Below the pieces are notes generated by a model. It was not told where the DNA came from. It saw only the letters and a list, made by a program, of their open reading frames with translations, and made no database searches. DNA of 2,036 nucleotides from Thraustochytrium aureum (taxonomy: Eukaryota): the NCBI GenBank assembly GCA_012862495.1, contig BLSG01000463.1, positions 1-2,036 of the forward strand, given 5' to 3'. Both the position numbers and the translations under genes were made by a program. Below, piece by piece: positions 1-2,036 of this stretch; within the stretch, counting starts at the first letter, position 1; each line of letters starts with the position of its first letter.

Positions 1-1530
1 CGGGTGACCGTCCGGTCGCCCGCGCCAGCGCCAAACAACGTCTGCCGCGGACCGGCTATCCCTCGCACCAGAGAGCCTCACCTGCTCCAACTGGAAGCCG
101 TCCTCGAGCATGAACGCCAGCCGGACAACGTGCCGCGGGAACAGCACCTGCGAGCTCGCACCGCTTGCGGCGGCCTCGCGGTCAGGCGGCCGGTTGAACG
201 TGGCCAGCACTGATCGCACGCGCTTGCGCAGCACGCGCGTGCCGTTGCTCAGTTCCCTTTCACCGCCGTGGCCGCCAGTGCCTTTGCCACTGGCAGGCAC
301 CGGCTCGTCGAAGCGCAGCACCAGGGGCAGCACAGCGCTCTTGTCACCGCTACGTGGCAGGTACGCAGTTTGACAGGCGTCGCCCGCTGGGGCATGCACG
401 GTACGCACGGCCCCGCCGCCCGAGATGCACATGAGCGAGAGCGCGTTGGCGACAGCGACTGTCTGCCCGTCCAGCATTGCCGCAATATCCGGCCCAGCCG
501 ATTCTCCCGCCATGCGAGCCAGCTTAGCGTCCGCCAGGCGCTTGCGCATCGGCGAATCGCCCTCGACCCGAGGCAGCACTGCCAGATCGAATCCCTCAAT
601 GACCGCACCGCAAGCGCTCGCCTCTGCGGGCTGCGAGACTGCATCGTCGTCAGCATCGGCCTCGGCCACGGAGAAGTGAAGCCCCGGTTCAAAGCTGAGC
701 CGAACGGCCTCCGGTGCCGGAGTGTCGTGGAAGCCCGAGCTACCCAGGTGCCGGTGCTGCACCGCTAGACGGCAAACCGCGGTCAGCGTCGTGCCGGGCC
801 CGGGCTCCTCGCTCCGCGCCTCGTCCAGGATGGGCGCGTCCGCAACAACGTCCAGTCGCGTGACCGAACCCAGCACGCGCAGTGAGGTGGCCGCGTCGGC
901 GTCGGCAACGCAACCGCGCGCCACCTGCGCGGCGAACACGAGCGAGGCAGGCGCCCGCTCGCTCGCATCTCCGATCTCGAACGTGTACCGGTAGACCATG
1001 GTCTCCTCACCAGCGTCTTCTGGACTGGACCCGGGCGCCCTGCGCCTGAACTCGTGGCTACGAAAGCCGCTCCACGGCGCGTCGCGCAAGGCGCGTAGCA
1101 CGGAAGTGAACGAAGCCAGGCGATCTGCGGCGTGTAGGTCGTCCAGGTAGCTGCGCTGCACCGATCGGTCCAGCGCAGCCCCCTGGCGGCCCTCGGCGGC
1201 TCCCGCACCCGCCGCCTGCCAGCTGGTGAACTGCAATGTCGTCTCGCTCACGACGAGCGGGTGCTCGGAGCCGTCCGGCGCCGCCAAGAGCACCTCCGCA
1301 CCGCTGCCAGGCACACGCAGGCGCACCTGGCGAGCGGCGAACTGCGAGCCAGCGGCGGACGCTGCGGACAGCCCGCTGGCCACACGCATGTCGGGTGTTA
1401 CGTAGACCGCGGAGGCGGACAGTGCCCCAGCGGCGAACAGCACCAGTGGCACGAGCATCACGTCCCGGCACTCCGGGCCCAACTCGCCCGCGCGGTCCTC
1501 ACCTTTGCGCATCGTTGCCCCACCGGTCAT
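1..1530 (-). CDS. Hypothetical protein, at least 510 aa, 3'-partial (runs off the left edge); begins MTGGATMRKGEDRAGELGPECRDVMLVPLVLFAAGALSASAVYVTPDMRV and reads ...SAADVVWRWRGRPDGHP at the edge
   Basis: I read every codon of this frame and found no stop between 1551 and 1. An in-frame TAA lies at 1554-1552 and the first ATG follows at 1530-1528 in the context CCGAAG-ATG-A. First codon positions are strongly G-biased (15 of 20 codons in 601-660), and the composition is normal (Ala/Val/Gly/Asp/Glu/Leu rich), unlike the Arg/Cys/Trp-rich overlapping frames. GC drops sharply just upstream of the start. Alternative in-frame ATGs are at 1512 and 1458. Confidence 0.9.
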   Translation of the reverse strand, partial: MTGGATMRKGEDRAGELGPECRDVMLVPLVLFAAGALSASAVYVTPDMRVASGLSAASAAGSQFAARQVRLRVPGSGAEVLLAAPDGSEHPLVVSETTLQFTSWQAAGAGAAEGRQGAALDRSVQRSYLDDLHAADRLASFTSVLRALRDAPWSGFRSHEFRRRAPGSSPEDAGEETMVYRYTFEIGDASERAPASLVFAAQVARGCVADADAATSLRVLGSVTRLDVVADAPILDEARSEEPGPGTTLTAVCRLAVQHRHLGSSGFHDTPAPEAVRLSFEPGLHFSVAEADADDDAVSQPAEASACGAVIEGFDLAVLPRVEGDSPMRKRLADAKLARMAGESAGPDIAAMLDGQTVAVANALSLMCISGGGAVRTVHAPAGDACQTAYLPRSGDKSAVLPLVLRFDEPVPASGKGTGGHGGERELSNGTRVLRKRVRSVLATFNRPPDREAAASGASSQVLFPRHVVRLAFMLEDGFQLEQVRLSGARDSRSAADVVWRWRGRPDGHP

Positions 1531-1547
1531 CTTCGGCCTGCCTGGGT

Positions 1548-1593
1548 CTGATTAATCCCAACAGAGAAGAAACGAAGAAAATTCGAGGGTGAA
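1548..1593 (-). promoter_or_regulatory. Pyrimidine tract upstream of the ATG; possible 3' splice (cis or trans) acceptor region or core promoter/5'UTR
   Basis: Minus strand has TTCAC (1593-1589, fits yUnAy), then TTTTCTTCGTTTCTTCTCTGTT (1581-1560, 20 of 22 pyrimidines), then the first AG as CAG at 1550-1548, with no AG between 1597 and 1550. There are 17 nt between this CAG and the ATG. Confidence 0.35.
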
Positions 1594-1618
1594 CGCGCTC
1601 GCGAGAAAGAGGCGGCGT

Positions 1619-1640
1619 AAAGATCGACGAATCGTTCTTT
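1619..1640 (-). other. Small imperfect hairpin with a UUCG loop on the coding strand
   Basis: Minus strand reads AAAGA-A-CGA-TTCG-TCG-A-TCTTT: 5 bp, an A/A mismatch, 3 bp and a TTCG loop, 2 nt from the 14-bp stem. Confidence 0.4.
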
Positions 1641-1642
1641 CT

Positions 1643-1679
1643 GTGTCCATGTCCGTTTCTTGGACACGGACATGGACAC
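1643..1679. repeat. Perfect 14-bp inverted repeat with a 9-nt loop (hairpin); candidate 3'-end signal for the upstream gene
   Basis: Left arm GTGTCCATGTCCGT (1643-1656) is the exact reverse complement of ACGGACATGGACAC (1666-1679), with loop TTCTTGGAC. On the minus strand it starts 66 nt after the TAG at 1746. The inverted repeat is certain; its function is inferred. Confidence 0.9.
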
Positions 1680-1702
1680 GGACACGGACACGGACACGGA
1701 CA
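1662..1702. repeat. Hexanucleotide tandem repeat (GGACAC)n, 6.8 copies, second copy variant GGACAT
   Basis: ggacac ggacat ggacac ggacac ggacac ggacac ggaca, read directly from 1662 to 1702. Confidence 0.97.
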
Positions 1703-1745
1703 AAAGAGGAAAAACCGAGGATAAATGTGCTTACAAGAAAATCGA

Positions 1746-2036
1746 CTAGGTGTTAATTCGAGTGACAGCCCACCACTGGTCGGCGTATTGGAGTGCGCGT
1801 CGTGCGGCCGGATCGGCCCGCGTGCGCGGGTCGTCCAGCAGCGCTTGTGGCCGCAACGGGTCCTGCACGTGAGGCTGGTCGCTGAACTGCATGTACAGTT
1901 CGTCCGACGCACCCGCGTCGCCGGAACCTGCGAAGGACGTGACTGGCACGAGGCCCGGCTCCAGCGTGTCCATCGCCCAAAGTGGGGCCGCTAGGGTATC
2001 CTCCACGTGCGTAGAGTCAAAGTGCTGCGCCCGTTG
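1746..2036 (-). CDS. 3' end of a hypothetical protein, 5'-partial; QRAQHFDSTHVEDTLAAPLWAMDTLEPGLVPV...RALQYADQWWAVTRINT*
   Basis: The frame of track ORF 1746..2006 stays open to the right edge (CAA CGG GCG CAG CAC TTT GAC TCT ACG CAC GTG GAG...), so the GTG at 2006 is probably an internal Val. Composition is protein-like, and the TAG at 1748-1746 coincides with the switch to the lower-GC spacer. Confidence 0.8.
   Translation of the reverse strand, partial: QRAQHFDSTHVEDTLAAPLWAMDTLEPGLVPVTSFAGSGDAGASDELYMQFSDQPHVQDPLRPQALLDDPRTRADPAARRALQYADQWWAVTRINT

Noticed and set aside
277..303. PVPASGKGT after a hydrophobic strand, resembling an adenylate-kinase P-loop (GxPGSGKGT)
   Set aside because: The first Gly of Walker A is replaced by Pro, and the motif is followed by a Gly-rich linker (GGHGG) rather than a helix. 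No other NTPase motif is evident.
1333..1439. Short direct repeats AGCGGCGAAC and GCGGACAG within the N-terminal coding region
   Set aside because: They reflect recurring FAA and LSA tripeptides in an Ala/Ser-rich stretch, occur in inconsistent order, and are too short to show a duplication.
4..1592. Track ORFs overlapping the long gene (4..213, 110..373, 249..692, 268..768, 425..679, 722..994, 783..1208, 1058..1471, 1236..1592, 1261..1551)
   Set aside because: They are antisense or shifted shadow frames of the 1..1530 minus-strand CDS. Their Arg/Ser/Cys/His-rich composition and scarcity of stops are expected at about 70% GC.
1662..1702. CRISPR array or telomeric repeat
   Set aside because: The 6-bp units are contiguous with no spacers, the array is internal and short, and the unit is not a telomere motif I recognise.
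1738..1745. AAAATCGA (also AAAATTCGA at 1578-1586) resembling the Mimivirus early promoter AAAATTGA
   Set aside because: Imperfect matches, on the strand opposite to both genes, in a sequence far more GC-rich than Mimiviridae.
1538..1748. Fusion of the two genes by TAG recoding plus splicing from 1734 to the CAG at 1540-1538 (in frame)
   Set aside because: It needs both stop readthrough and use of the third CAG. No in-frame TAG occurs in about 600 sense codons, so nothing supports a reassigned code.
1499..1912. 137-aa minus-strand ORF containing CPCPCPCPCPCP
   Set aside because: The Cys-Pro run is just the translation of the GTGTCC repeat, and the rest is a shifted frame of the upstream gene. 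A 1734-1548 splice would join this frame to the long ORF, but the peptide does not look like real protein.
1725..1994. Track ORFs 1725..1994 (+) and 1753..1980 (-)
   Set aside because: Shadow frames of the 1746..2036 minus-strand CDS.

Overview
GC-rich window (about 70% GC in the coding lines counted, about 50% in the spacer) holding two co-oriented minus-strand genes, both cut by a window edge, and a 215-bp structured spacer (1531-1745). The main gene is a stop-free reading frame from ATG 1530 to the left edge (at least 510 aa). The supplied ORF track misses it because its stop lies outside the window, and most ORFs in the track are its shadow frames. The second gene is the last 96 codons plus TAG of an upstream CDS (2036 to 1746). 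I recognise no family for either protein. The spacer contains a (GGACAC)x6.8 tandem repeat whose inverted partial copy makes a perfect 14-bp stem, an adjacent small UUCG-loop hairpin, and a branch point/polypyrimidine/CAG arrangement just before the ATG. There is no Shine-Dalgarno site, the ATG has A at -3, and GC3 is only moderate. These suggest a compact eukaryotic (protist) or eukaryotic-virus genome rather than a high-GC bacterium, but that is inference. No RNA gene, CRISPR array or mobile element is supported, and I cannot demonstrate a new biological system from this window alone.
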